The notes below the pieces were generated by a model. That model was not told the DNA's origin and did no database searches. It saw only the letters and a list, made by a program, of their open reading frames with translations. The translations under genes were made by a program, and so were the position numbers. From an uncultured Gammaproteobacteria bacterium (lineage in GTDB: Bacteria; Patescibacteriota; Microgenomatia; UBA1406; GWC2-37-13): 57,869 nucleotides of DNA. The stretch spans positions 1 through 57,869 of the forward strand of contig CAYMVU010000001.1 in NCBI GenBank assembly GCA_964394215.1, read 5' to 3'. How positions within the stretch are numbered: position 1 is the stretch's first letter; the number at the start of each line of letters is the position of its first letter. This document shows positions 26,343-36,880 of the stretch, one piece after another.

Positions 26343-27659
26343 ATGAAATCATATATCGGAAATCAAACAAAACATGCCCTTGAGAACTTTCCTTTCGAAG
26401 TACCCAAGGTATCTCTAGAACTTGTCTATGCAATCACAATTATAAAAAAAGCTGCCGCACGTGCTCATTATCAGGTGAAAGAACTGGACAAACAACGTGC
26501 GAATGCAATCATCAAAGCATGTGATGAAATTCTGGACGGAATGCATGATGATCAATTTCCGATATCGTCTTTACAGGGAGGAGCAGGGACATCCATCAAT
26601 ATGAATGTCAATGAAGTGATAGCTGCGCGGGCTTCAGAGATAGCAAAAGCAGACATTCATCCGAACGACCATGTCAACATGAGTCAGTCTACCAACGATG
26701 TCAACCCGACAGCACTGCGAATTGTCTGTCTGCAACTTTCACATCAGCTGGTGGATCAACTGCAGAAACTTTCAAAAGAGTATGAAAAGACAATCAAGCG
26801 GTACGGTCATGTCAAAAAGCTGGCACGAACCCATATGCAGGATGCCATACCGACCACCGTGGGAGCAGAGGTAGGTGCCTGGAAAGCGACAATTGAAAGG
26901 GATCTGAAACGAATCAGTCAGTTCCTGCCGTATCTGCAGGAGGCGCATTTAGGAGGAACGGCGATAGGGAACGGTATGAACGCAACAAAGTCATTTCGGA
27001 CAGAGTTGTACAGGGAGCTGAATCGATTATTAACAACGGATGTACAATTGAAACCGACAGACAATTTCTATTCGTTCACGTCAACTACTTCTGATTTTGT
27101 TCACCTGAGTAGTCTTGTTACGTTACTGGCGGGAAATCTTTCGAAAATTGCACATGATATTCGCTTTCTGGCGAGCGGTCCGCGTGGAGGAATAGGAGAG
27201 TATGTCTTAAAGCCGTTACAGAAAGGTTCATCTATCATGCCGGGAAAAGTGAATCCTGTCATTCCTGAAACGATGAATCAGATTTATTATCATGTTTCCG
27301 GAAAAAATCTAGCAGTTCAGATGGCAAATGAGACTTCTGATTTACAGCTTGCTGTCATGTTCCCGACAGCAGCAGATTCACTCATAACTTCACTCAAACT
27401 TCTCATTGTGGGGGTCACACAATTCACGGAGAAATGCATCAGTTGCCTGTCCGTCGATGAAGAACGCTGTCGCTTTCATCTCGAAAACTCGACTGCATAT
27501 GCAACACTCCTGACTCCAGTATTGGGATACGATAAAGTGACGGATTTAGTGAATAAAACGATCCAAACCGGTAAGGGTTTCCGACAGGTCATTCTTAGCG
27601 AAAAGATAATGACAGACGCGGAGTTGGACACTCTGTTATTGCAAATCACGATAGAATAG
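26343..27659 (+). CDS. fumarate-lyase-superfamily enzyme, aspartate ammonia-lyase-like
   Basis: GTSINMNVNEVIA, SQSTNDVNPT and GSSIMPGKVNPVIPE signature. 438 aa. Confidence 0.75.
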   Translation: MKSYIGNQTKHALENFPFEVPKVSLELVYAITIIKKAAARAHYQVKELDKQRANAIIKACDEILDGMHDDQFPISSLQGGAGTSINMNVNEVIAARASEIAKADIHPNDHVNMSQSTNDVNPTALRIVCLQLSHQLVDQLQKLSKEYEKTIKRYGHVKKLARTHMQDAIPTTVGAEVGAWKATIERDLKRISQFLPYLQEAHLGGTAIGNGMNATKSFRTELYRELNRLLTTDVQLKPTDNFYSFTSTTSDFVHLSSLVTLLAGNLSKIAHDIRFLASGPRGGIGEYVLKPLQKGSSIMPGKVNPVIPETMNQIYYHVSGKNLAVQMANETSDLQLAVMFPTAADSLITSLKLLIVGVTQFTEKCISCLSVDEERCRFHLENSTAYATLLTPVLGYDKVTDLVNKTIQTGKGFRQVILSEKIMTDAELDTLLLQITIE

Positions 27660-28115
27660 TTGCTTTTCCGGATGCTGCTTTAACAGAAACATTTCTTCTG
27701 TATCAATAGTTCCGTCAACAAGTGTTGTGAAGTCTCCGACAACGGTATAGCTTCTGTTTGAAGGACAAGGCCGATTTGTCACATCATAAAACTGCATACG
27801 GAGCTGCTGTAAGTTCATGAGTTCAGGATCCTGTGCTGTTATGATTGAGAATTGAGTTCGGGACGGGAGTCTTTCAGTGATGCGTGGTTGTGAGTGAAAA
27901 GCAAGGACAGCAAAGTCCTGATTATGGTCACTGAGAACAAGACCAGCAGATACCCGCTCATAATCAAACGGACAGTACAAATGAGCTTCTTTCTGAGTAT
28001 ACGTTCCGTTTTGAGGCACAAAGAGCTTACCTTTGTGAACGCCAACGGTGTCAAGTTGAGATTCTCCATACGCGACGCTGATAAGATTTTGAATCATCGG
28101 CTCCATACCTTCCAT
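27636..28115 (-). CDS. hypothetical protein
   Basis: 159-aa ORF with no motif recognised. Its 3' end overlaps the convergent lyase gene by 24 nt. Confidence 0.5.
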   Translation of the reverse strand: MEGMEPMIQNLISVAYGESQLDTVGVHKGKLFVPQNGTYTQKEAHLYCPFDYERVSAGLVLSDHNQDFAVLAFHSQPRITERLPSRTQFSIITAQDPELMNLQQLRMQFYDVTNRPCPSNRSYTVVGDFTTLVDGTIDTEEMFLLKQHPEKQLFYRDLQ

Positions 28116-28220
28116 AGCATACAGTGCAGGGGTGATATGTTGTTGTACCCATACTATTTCCTGAAATAGATTTTGAAAGACCTCTGCCGGCTCCTCGTGT
28201 TTTTCCGCGTCATATGGTTT

Positions 28221-28547
28221 TTATTTACTAATGACTGCTAAAGGATATACTCCTTCATCAATATCTTTGAGCCAGGTATTGATTCCATCATCACTAAACT
28301 GATTAAGCATACGATGCATTGCATGGGGAGTAAATTTACGAAGTGGTGTTTTTTGCTGTAACCGATAAACAAGTTCATTTGTGGCTTTTCTTCGACTGAC
28401 GGCATTTTGAGCCCAGTCCAGCCAGAAGTTCACTCCTTCAGATGGCATACTTCGAATAAAATCGGGTAATTCATCCCGTTCATTATAGGGAAGGTTTTCC
28501 ATAAGATGACCGAGTGCAACCTGCAGTTTTTGTTCTTTTGTCGGCAT
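28221..28547 (-). CDS. hypothetical protein
   Basis: 108-aa ORF with no motif recognised. Confidence 0.5.
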   Translation of the reverse strand: MPTKEQKLQVALGHLMENLPYNERDELPDFIRSMPSEGVNFWLDWAQNAVSRRKATNELVYRLQQKTPLRKFTPHAMHRMLNQFSDDGINTWLKDIDEGVYPLAVISK

Positions 28548-28588
28548 ATAAGGCAGAATTATACATAATTCGAACTGAAAACGATATA

Positions 28589-29518
28589 ATGAATATTATG
28601 CATATCATACACTTTGACGTTGACCGGGAACTTGATACGTATTTATCAGGTGACAAAACTTCAACCTCATTACAAAACTGTGAGAATAACTCGTTGAAAA
28701 AAGCAGAAGCTGTGAGCATTAAAACTGCATCACAGGCCGATGCTCGTACTTTATCTCAATTTCCCAATCTCAAACTGCTTATTACCCGTACAGTAGGTAC
28801 AGACCATGTTGATATTGAGTACTGCCGCGAGAAGGGGATTGCCGTCTATCATATCGCGGATTACGGATCATTTAATATCGCAGAACACGTATTTGCGCTT
28901 CTTCTTGCCGGCACAAGAAATATTCTTACGACTCAACAGGAGATTAAAGAAGGTACATTTTCATATACCGGACATTTAGGAATGGCACTGAAAGAAAAGA
29001 CTTTGGGCGTTGTCGGTACCGGACGTATCGGACTTGAAGTGATAAAGCGGGCCAATGCATTTGAGATGAATGTTGTGGCATATGATGTATTTAAAAATGA
29101 AAAAGCTCAAGAAGAACTGGGTTATGAATATGTTGAGCTTGAGGAACTGCTGAAGCAGTCTGATGTGATCACACTCCATGCACCACTTCTTGATAGCACA
29201 AGACACATGATAAATGAATCATCCATCAAAAAAATGAAAGATCAATCAGTTCTCATTAATACGGCACGTGGGGAGTTAGTTGATACTAAAGCCTTGATTC
29301 ACAATATTGAAAAATTTCGATTAGTCGGCTTGGATGTTCTTGAGGATGAAAAAACCTTCGACAGCAAAAATCCGCTTCTTGGCTTTCCCAATGTTGTAAT
29401 TACACCTCATATTGCATTTTATTCTGACGCATCAGTGAAAAAAATTGCGGAAGAAACGCTGAGATCGCTTGAAAATTTTGAAAAAGGTAGTGCAGATGGT
29501 CGCGTTGATGTGATATGA
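28589..29518 (+). CDS. D-isomer-specific 2-hydroxyacid dehydrogenase
   Basis: LGVVGTGRIGLEV NAD-binding motif, and NTARG and ITPHIAF motifs. Start set to ATG 28589 (or 28598) to avoid overlap with the divergent gene. Confidence 0.8.
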   Translation: MNIMHIIHFDVDRELDTYLSGDKTSTSLQNCENNSLKKAEAVSIKTASQADARTLSQFPNLKLLITRTVGTDHVDIEYCREKGIAVYHIADYGSFNIAEHVFALLLAGTRNILTTQQEIKEGTFSYTGHLGMALKEKTLGVVGTGRIGLEVIKRANAFEMNVVAYDVFKNEKAQEELGYEYVELEELLKQSDVITLHAPLLDSTRHMINESSIKKMKDQSVLINTARGELVDTKALIHNIEKFRLVGLDVLEDEKTFDSKNPLLGFPNVVITPHIAFYSDASVKKIAEETLRSLENFEKGSADGRVDVI

Positions 29519-29530
29519 TTGAGGACACTT

Positions 29531-30169
29531 ATGAAAATCAAGGCAATACTTTTTGATGTAGACGGAACACTTATAGATACATCAGAGTATATTTATCAGG
29601 CCTATGAACACAGTCTCGGCCGGCATAATCACGATCTTCTTTCGCGCGAAGAAATGAGCCTTTTGATGGGGAAGTCTTTGGAGGATACATATCGTGAAAT
29701 TACCGGTCTTGATGTTGTAAATCCTTTTATGGAAGCTCATCGGGAGTATCAATTTGAAAATGCCGGACTTGCCGCCGCGTTCCCCAATTCATTGCAAACA
29801 CTCGAAGCACTTCGAACAAAAGGAATCTCAATTGGTGCCGTCACCACACGGGCACGGGATACTGCAATAGAGACGTTAGAAGAGGCAGAACTTTTTCCGC
29901 TTATTGATTTTTTTGTAGGATTTGAAGATGTGACCACTCCAAAGCCCGATCCGGAAGGAATAAAAAAAGCACTGGATTTTTTCAATGTTCATCCCGATGA
30001 TGCAATTATGATCGGAGACAGTCCTGTCGATGTGGCAGCCGGGAAAAATGCTAAAACACACACAATCGGCGTCACGTACGGCTTTCATGGCGAACGCATT
30101 GTTGAGACAGAGCCTGATTATGTTGTGGATGATATCAGTGAAATCCTTGAGATCGTTGACGGATTTTGA
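29531..30169 (+). CDS. HAD-superfamily phosphatase (phosphoglycolate-phosphatase-like)
   Basis: ILFDVDGTLIDT motif I, AVTTR, KPDPEG and GDSPVDVAAG. Confidence 0.75.
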   Translation: MKIKAILFDVDGTLIDTSEYIYQAYEHSLGRHNHDLLSREEMSLLMGKSLEDTYREITGLDVVNPFMEAHREYQFENAGLAAAFPNSLQTLEALRTKGISIGAVTTRARDTAIETLEEAELFPLIDFFVGFEDVTTPKPDPEGIKKALDFFNVHPDDAIMIGDSPVDVAAGKNAKTHTIGVTYGFHGERIVETEPDYVVDDISEILEIVDGF

Positions 30170-30204
30170 TCTGTACATACCCGTTCGAATTTGTATAATA
30201 AAGC

Positions 30205-31017
30205 ATGTCTTTCATTGACAGACTGAATAACGCGATTGATAAAAAAAACTCTCTTCTTTGTATAGGACTTGATCCCGTCCGTCAACAACTTCCTTCCATT
30301 TTTCAATTAAAAGAGCAGCCGCTTTTTGAGTTTTCAAAATATATTATTGATCTGACTCAGGAGTATGCGATTGCATACAAACCGAACTCAGCATTTTTTG
30401 AGGCGTGGGGTGCGAGCGGGATAGAACAATTACTACAAACATGTAACTATATAAAAGAGCGATTTCCCGATGTGTTACTCATTCTTGATGCAAAACGGGG
30501 TGATATCGGAAGCAGTAATGCAGGGTATATAACCTATGCATTCGATTACTTACATGCTGATGCTATTACACTTCATCCGTACCTGGGGAAAGAGTCAATC
30601 GATGATTTTCTCAGAATGAAAGATATCGGAGTAATCATTCAATGCAGAAATACGAACCCGGGAGCAATCGAGATACAGGGTTTACCGGTTCGGTACAACA
30701 ATGTGGAAATGCCCTTATATCAGGTGATTGCGCATAAAGCTGCTCACGAGTGGAATACGAACAATAATGTGTTGCTTGTGGTTGGAGCGACAAATCCGCA
30801 GGATGTTGGAATTATACGGCAAATAACAGGGGATATGACGTTTCTTGTTCCGGGAGTGGGGGAGCAGGGAGGAGAACTGGAAGCTACGGTGAGGAGCGGC
30901 CTCAATTCGCAAAAAAAAGGGCTGATCATCAACGCTGGAAGAAGCATTATTTATGCACAAAACCCCGTGGCTGAGGCAATGAAGTTGAGAGATGCGATTA
31001 ACAGTTTCCGCACATAA
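30205..31017 (+). CDS. pyrF: orotidine 5'-phosphate decarboxylase (type 2, canonical motifs)
   Basis: LCIGLDP, AYKPNSAFFE, LDAKRGDIGSSN and LHPYLG. Confidence 0.88.
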   Translation: MSFIDRLNNAIDKKNSLLCIGLDPVRQQLPSIFQLKEQPLFEFSKYIIDLTQEYAIAYKPNSAFFEAWGASGIEQLLQTCNYIKERFPDVLLILDAKRGDIGSSNAGYITYAFDYLHADAITLHPYLGKESIDDFLRMKDIGVIIQCRNTNPGAIEIQGLPVRYNNVEMPLYQVIAHKAAHEWNTNNNVLLVVGATNPQDVGIIRQITGDMTFLVPGVGEQGGELEATVRSGLNSQKKGLIINAGRSIIYAQNPVAEAMKLRDAINSFRT

Positions 31018-31018
31018 T

Positions 31019-31645
31019 ATGGACATTATTGAAATTCTGAAAAAGGTCAACGCGGTGATGACCGATGATCATTTTGTATATACATCAGGTAAACACGGTG
31101 AAGTGTATGTAAATAAAGATGCTATTTATCCTCATCCTGAAGAAGTCAGTCAGGTCGGTCAGCTTTTTGCGGAAAAATATAAAGAGGCAGAGATTGATGT
31201 TGTCGCCGCACCTGCTTTGGGCGGTATTATACTTTCAACCTGGACAGCGTATCATCTGACAAAGTTGAAAGGAAAGGAAATTCTCGGTGTCTATGCTGAA
31301 AAAATGCCAGACAAATCAATGGCATTCACACGCGGTTATGATGCTCTTATTCGGGGAAAAAATGTGCTTGTCATTGAGGATCTGTCAACCACTGGCGGAT
31401 CGGTAAAAAAGGTTGTTGACCTTGTACGGGAAACCGGCGGAACAGTTGTTTCGGTCTGCGTCATGGTGAACCGCAATCCTGACGGCGTAAATGCAGAGAC
31501 AATCGGAGCGCCATTTGATTCCCTTGGTGTTTTGAAAGCTGAGGCATGGGATGAAAATGAACTTCCCGAGCACATAAAGTCACGGCCTATCAACACACAT
31601 GTCGGCCACGGGAAAAAGTACATGGAACGTAAATCTCAGTCTTAA
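31019..31645 (+). CDS. pyrE: orotate phosphoribosyltransferase
   Basis: PRPP-binding VLVIEDLSTTGGS. ATG 31019 lies 1 nt after the pyrF stop. Confidence 0.85.
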   Translation: MDIIEILKKVNAVMTDDHFVYTSGKHGEVYVNKDAIYPHPEEVSQVGQLFAEKYKEAEIDVVAAPALGGIILSTWTAYHLTKLKGKEILGVYAEKMPDKSMAFTRGYDALIRGKNVLVIEDLSTTGGSVKKVVDLVRETGGTVVSVCVMVNRNPDGVNAETIGAPFDSLGVLKAEAWDENELPEHIKSRPINTHVGHGKKYMERKSQS

Positions 31646-31655
31646 CAGTAATAGT

Positions 31656-32003
31656 ATGGAACTACCAACAGAAACATTATTTACTCCTGAAATGTATCGG
31701 GGATTCGGTGTCGATATTGTCCATCGACAATCTCTCGAGCGTGTTGCTAATGGTCAAAAACCTGCTGAAATAGAACAGATTCGGGATGCGCAACGCATTC
31801 TTCGCCATCTTCAGGCGCTTGAGGAAGCAGGTATTTCTCTTCGGATGATTGAAGATGCCAGTTCTTTTGAGCCGTACCCTATTGGCGTGAAGGGCATAAA
31901 AGTCGGCGGAGCTTTTGTCGGGCAGTGCATGGCAGATTATCAGAAAGCTGCCGGTCAAGCAGGTTATCAGCTTGTACAGGATCCTCTTTTATCTCTTCGG
32001 TGA
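31656..32003 (+). CDS. hypothetical protein
   Basis: ORF with no motif recognised. I prefer start ATG 31656 (MELPTE). Confidence 0.5.
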   Translation: MELPTETLFTPEMYRGFGVDIVHRQSLERVANGQKPAEIEQIRDAQRILRHLQALEEAGISLRMIEDASSFEPYPIGVKGIKVGGAFVGQCMADYQKAAGQAGYQLVQDPLLSLR

Positions 32004-33341
32004 TCACACAAACCAAAGTCCTGCAAAAGATATGACGATGATCACGACCATGGCAGCTCCGTATTTGAAAACAAACTCGCGTTTTCCCTGGAGGAAGATA
32101 TAGAATGTTTTTGCGAGCAGGTTGACTGCATTCACAATGAGAAATGCCAGGACTGCTGTTTGCATATCAATCGCCTGACGGGATAACTCGGCAATATTGA
32201 TAGTCATCGCATCAAGCCCTGTCAGGCCGGCAAGACCAGCGGTCACAAGGAAACCGCTTTGTCCGAAAAACCGCAGAGCAATATTCGAAAGAAGCTTGAT
32301 GGAAAGATATAAGCCGGCAAAAATAAGGGCAGGTTTAATGGAAAATATTTTGCGGGTTTGAGCACTTTCTTCACTCAGTTCGGTTTTTTTCTGTTTACGG
32401 CTTAAAAATAGAAATACTCCGCTTGTAATGCCGAAACTTACAACAAGAATAAGAAGTGTCGGAATGATAGTTATGGTAAAAGTTGGATTGAGAGGGAGAA
32501 TTATGATAAAAAGTGAAAAGAAGCTGGCAAATGTAGCAAGCATTGCTGCTGCTACAAGATGATTGATCTGTTTGGTTTCATTGCTCTGTACGGCCAGAGA
32601 TTGAGTTGTCGCAGTTGACGACACGAAACCGCCCACCAGACTGGTGACAATCAAGCCTCGGCCTTTTCCGAACATTCGCTCCAAAATATATCCGACCAAA
32701 TCAACGCCAGTGATGATCGCAACAATCAGCCATGTTTTGAATGGGTTAAAAACTTCAAGATTTCCCCATGTGTCCAGCGAATAACCAAATGAGTTTGCGA
32801 TATCCCGTACATACGGAATTTGAGATACGGTAATATCGATATTCGGCAAGAAGGGGAGGATGATGACGGCTATTATACTGTAGCTTAGAATTGCTTTGAT
32901 CTCACGTGTGTGAATATCCTCAACAACATTCTTAACCTGTTCTTTGTATGCAAGAATGAGCATAAGAACTATCGCTAACGAGAGAGTCACTGTCATTGGA
33001 AAGAGTTCAAGAGCGATGAGGACGCCGATGAGAAAACTCATCAATGCAGCAAGCTCGGTTGTGATTCCGCTTTCCTTCGTTACGAATGCTGTAATGATAT
33101 AGTTGCTCACAATGACCAGAATAAAAGATACGGTAAGGAGTGTTGACAAAACGAGATGATCTGCGTAGAGGAGACCTGCTATAGAGCCGAGTAACGTTGT
33201 GAGCGAAAATGTCCGTACTCCAAGAAGAGCTCCTGAACGGTTTTTGTGATGATCCTTTTTTTGATGAATTTCTCTTTCAAGTCCGATAGCTGCGCCGATT
33301 GCCAAAGAAATAAGCAGTTTAATAGATGTAGCCAGTTCCAT
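32004..33341 (-). CDS. MgtC/SapB-family plus DUF4010-like integral membrane protein
   Basis: N-terminal LAIGAAIGLEREIHQK...GVRTF MgtC pattern followed by about 10 further TM helices. Confidence 0.7.
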   Translation of the reverse strand: MELATSIKLLISLAIGAAIGLEREIHQKKDHHKNRSGALLGVRTFSLTTLLGSIAGLLYADHLVLSTLLTVSFILVIVSNYIITAFVTKESGITTELAALMSFLIGVLIALELFPMTVTLSLAIVLMLILAYKEQVKNVVEDIHTREIKAILSYSIIAVIILPFLPNIDITVSQIPYVRDIANSFGYSLDTWGNLEVFNPFKTWLIVAIITGVDLVGYILERMFGKGRGLIVTSLVGGFVSSTATTQSLAVQSNETKQINHLVAAAMLATFASFFSLFIIILPLNPTFTITIIPTLLILVVSFGITSGVFLFLSRKQKKTELSEESAQTRKIFSIKPALIFAGLYLSIKLLSNIALRFFGQSGFLVTAGLAGLTGLDAMTINIAELSRQAIDMQTAVLAFLIVNAVNLLAKTFYIFLQGKREFVFKYGAAMVVIIVISFAGLWFV

Positions 33342-33392
33342 TCTAATATTATAAAGAATGAATCAGATCATTTCAGAGTTTCTTGCAGTTTC

Positions 33393-33794
33393 TTAATAAA
33401 CCCTGACGCCCTGTGCCGCAACAAGAATGCTTTCATCAGATGCGCAAATTGCAGTGTTTAAAAAACGGATAGGATCGCCCTGTCCGACATTCCCGTGGAG
33501 TTCGGTACACGTATGGATTGCCGGATCATAAAGTGATTCCTGTCCTGAAATTTCCTGCCCGTGTAGTCCGCCGATGGTGAGGGCATAGGTGTTTCTCAAC
33601 ATCTGCATTTTTATGTGTAACGATTGCAGGATTTGTGCATAAGACTCTCTTTCAGTTCCGTTTGCAGTACGAAAATCAGAAAAAACTTGCTTATATTGTT
33701 GTTCGGCTTTCAAATAGTCTTCAGCTTTTTGCAGTAATGTTTCTCTCGGAAACATCGGTTCTGCTTGCTGCCTGTCATAGTAAAATTGTTCCAT
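33393..33794 (-). CDS. hypothetical protein
   Basis: 133-aa ORF with no motif recognised. Confidence 0.5.
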   Translation of the reverse strand: MEQFYYDRQQAEPMFPRETLLQKAEDYLKAEQQYKQVFSDFRTANGTERESYAQILQSLHIKMQMLRNTYALTIGGLHGQEISGQESLYDPAIHTCTELHGNVGQGDPIRFLNTAICASDESILVAAQGVRVY

Positions 33795-33846
33795 AATTTA
33801 GGAATTGTAACACATTCTTACCCGCTTTTAATCTTGGAACGCGATA

Positions 33847-35376
33847 ATGTCTGGACATGAAATAAGTAAGATTATGAATTATAATGTACATATGCGCAAT
33901 GATGCAGAAGGCATCCTTTCTAAAGTCCCTTCCCATGTTGATTATGCGGATGTTCGGGTCGTCGATCAGGAGTCGGAAGATATCTCTACAAAAGACGGAG
34001 TCGTGGAAGCACTTCAATCTTCTTCTTCAAGAGGCTACAATGTGCGGATTCTGAAAAACGGTGTGTGGGGTTTTGCAGCATCCCAGGACATGTCTGAAAA
34101 AGGCATCGATGAGACTGTTCAAAAAGCCTTGGCTATTGCGGATGCTTCCTTAAAACACAAAACTACTGACGTTCAGCTTGATGATATGAAGCCTGTACAA
34201 GGTTCATATAAAACACCCATTACGGAAGATCCATTTCAGGTGCCGATGGGTGAAAAGCTAGAGCTTCTTATTGAAGCAGATAAGGCACTCAGAGTCAGTG
34301 ATAAAATCGTTGTCACACAGGCGTCATATCAGGCAAACTGCGAAAAAAAGTTTTTTGTCTCAACGAACGGCTCAAAAATTGATCAGGAAATCATTTGGAC
34401 AGGGGCGGGGATTGAGGCCTCGGCAGTTGACGGAACAGAATTCCAAAATAGGTCATATCCCAATTCGTTCCGCGGTCAGAATCAGACAAGAGGGTATGAA
34501 TTGGTGCGCGGACTGGACTTAGTAGAAAATGCTCCGCGCGTCGGTCAGGAAGCCGTTGATTTGTTGAAAGCTGATCTTTGTCCGAGCGGTGAGTTTGACC
34601 TTATTTTGGACAGTAATCAGCTGGCACTACAGATTCATGAAAGCTGCGGGCACGCCGTAGAGCTTGATCGGGCGCTCGGGTATGAAGCCTCATATGCAGG
34701 TACAAGTTTTCTTACACCCGATAAACTATTCAATTTTCAGTATGGCTCAGATATTGTCAATCTGACTGCTGATGCTACCATTCCGGGAGGACTGGGAACA
34801 TTCGGCTATGATGATGAAGGCGTTCCGGCCCAGCGTACTTATTTGGTAAAAAACGGCATTTTTCAGGACTACATAACTTCCCGCGATACGGTTTCCAAAC
34901 TGCATGAACTCAACCCGAAATATGATAAAAAATCAAACGGGACAGTACGGGCTTCATCATGGAGCAGACTTCCGATGATCAGGATGACCAATATTAATCT
35001 CGAGCCCGGTGGAGAAGAAGGCACGGGTCGGGCATGGACTTTAGACGAATTGATTGCAGATACCGAGTACGGGATTCTCATGTCCACAAACCGATCGTGG
35101 AGCATAGATGATAAAAGGTACAATTTTCAGTTCGGGACGGAGATCGGCTGGGAAATCAAAAACGGGAAGAAGGGAAGGATGCTCAGGAATCCGACGTATC
35201 AGGGGATTACTCCTCAGTTTTGGAATTCGTGTGATGCAATATGTGGAAGAGGGGAATGGACGGTGTGGGGGACGCCAAACTGTGGTAAAGGACAACCGAG
35301 CCAGGTGATGTATACGGGACATGGTGCAAGTCCGGCGAGATTCAGGAAGGTAAAGGTTGGAGTGGTGAAGTGGTAG
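33847..35376 (+). CDS. tldD: TldD-family metalloprotease
   Basis: HESCGHAVELD (HExxxH) and the typical C-terminal GxC...G pattern (CGKGQP). 509 aa. Confidence 0.85.
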   Translation: MSGHEISKIMNYNVHMRNDAEGILSKVPSHVDYADVRVVDQESEDISTKDGVVEALQSSSSRGYNVRILKNGVWGFAASQDMSEKGIDETVQKALAIADASLKHKTTDVQLDDMKPVQGSYKTPITEDPFQVPMGEKLELLIEADKALRVSDKIVVTQASYQANCEKKFFVSTNGSKIDQEIIWTGAGIEASAVDGTEFQNRSYPNSFRGQNQTRGYELVRGLDLVENAPRVGQEAVDLLKADLCPSGEFDLILDSNQLALQIHESCGHAVELDRALGYEASYAGTSFLTPDKLFNFQYGSDIVNLTADATIPGGLGTFGYDDEGVPAQRTYLVKNGIFQDYITSRDTVSKLHELNPKYDKKSNGTVRASSWSRLPMIRMTNINLEPGGEEGTGRAWTLDELIADTEYGILMSTNRSWSIDDKRYNFQFGTEIGWEIKNGKKGRMLRNPTYQGITPQFWNSCDAICGRGEWTVWGTPNCGKGQPSQVMYTGHGASPARFRKVKVGVVKW

Positions 35377-35520
35377 GAATTTATAAGTTGTTGCTGATAA
35401 CAGAATGTTGCGAGCGAGTTAGTCGCTTACGGAGGAGAATTGCTCCATCACGAGGGCAACGTCGTCCGGCGAAAAATCAAAACTCACTCACAAATTTTAT
35501 TATTACGCAACAAAGTTCAT

Positions 35521-36855
35521 ATGTTCGGTAAAGAAAAACTAAAAAAAATCGCAGAAAAAGTGTTGAAGCTTTCTAAAGCGGATCAGACGGAAGTAATGCT
35601 TTCAGTGAGCGGGAATGCCTTGACACGATTTGCAAACAACGAGATTCATCAGAATATGGCCTGGAAAGATCTGGGAATATCAGTCCGTGTTATTTTTGAT
35701 AAAAAAATCGGTGTGGCCTCTACGAATTCATTTGATGAAAGATCTTTGCAAGATGTTGTTGAGAAGGCAACAAAACTTGCACAACTTCAGGAACCTGATC
35801 CGGAGTTTGTTTCGCTGCCCGGACCTGAGAAGATTCCGGATGTTGAGAATGATATTTCATATGGTACCGAGGAAGAACTTGCTGACGGTGCCTACACAAT
35901 CATTCAGAAAGCGCTTCATAAAAATCTGACTGCATCGGGAGCGTATGCAAACGATGTTTCAGAGCTTGCTGTAGCAAATTCTCTTGGTGTTTTCGCATAT
36001 CATGCCGGATCTTCATGCAATCTTTCAACCATTGTTATGGGCAAATCATCAAGCGGATTTGCCGCTGATGTCGCACGGAGTGCCGCTGATGTCGATGCTA
36101 CAAATGTGGCGGAAACGGCAGTCAGGAAAACACTTGAAAGCGCCGATCCGCAAGATATTGAGCCGGGGGAGTATGAAGTCATTTTAGAACCGCAGGCAGT
36201 TTCTGAGATGATGGCCTTCTTCCAGTGGTATGGTCCTAACGCAAGAATTTATCACGAAAAGTCCAGTTATCTCTCTGACAGGATGGGGGAGCAGGTATTT
36301 GGCGACAATATTACACTAATCGATGACCCTTTTCACGAACTCGTCTTTCCGATGCCGTTTGATTTTGAAGGGTATCCGAAAAAGAAAACAGTATTTGTAG
36401 AAAACGGCATTCTAAAACAGATTGCATACGATTCATATTATGCGCAAAAATACAAAGTAGAGAATACAGGCCATGCGCTTCCGGCGCCGAATACTCTCGG
36501 TCCGATTCCGCTTCATTTATATATATCGCCGGGCGACAAAACCCGGAAAGAGATGATAAAAGACGTCAAAAAAGGATTATTGGTCACAAGACTGTGGTAT
36601 GTACGGGTGCTTAATCCCAAAGCACTCAATATCACCGGTATGACACGTGACGGGACGTTTCTTATCGAAGACGGGAAGATCGTCAAACCTGTTAAAAATC
36701 TTCGATTTAATCAAAGTATTCCGGATGCACTGAATAATGTTGTATCTATTGAAAATAAGCTAACGCAGCTGGCCAGTTTCGAAGGTGAGCTGATCGGACT
36801 GGCTCCTGCACTGCATGTCAGTAAGTGGGAATTTAGCAGTGCAACCTTATTTTGA
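35521..36855 (+). CDS. pmbA: PmbA/TldE-family protein (TldD partner)
   Basis: Paralogous to the preceding gene without HExxxH ([22 protein letters not shown]). ATG 35521 chosen as start. Confidence 0.8.
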   Translation: MFGKEKLKKIAEKVLKLSKADQTEVMLSVSGNALTRFANNEIHQNMAWKDLGISVRVIFDKKIGVASTNSFDERSLQDVVEKATKLAQLQEPDPEFVSLPGPEKIPDVENDISYGTEEELADGAYTIIQKALHKNLTASGAYANDVSELAVANSLGVFAYHAGSSCNLSTIVMGKSSSGFAADVARSAADVDATNVAETAVRKTLESADPQDIEPGEYEVILEPQAVSEMMAFFQWYGPNARIYHEKSSYLSDRMGEQVFGDNITLIDDPFHELVFPMPFDFEGYPKKKTVFVENGILKQIAYDSYYAQKYKVENTGHALPAPNTLGPIPLHLYISPGDKTRKEMIKDVKKGLLVTRLWYVRVLNPKALNITGMTRDGTFLIEDGKIVKPVKNLRFNQSIPDALNNVVSIENKLTQLASFEGELIGLAPALHVSKWEFSSATLF

Positions 36856-36880
36856 GCATTAATAATTCATTATTACACCT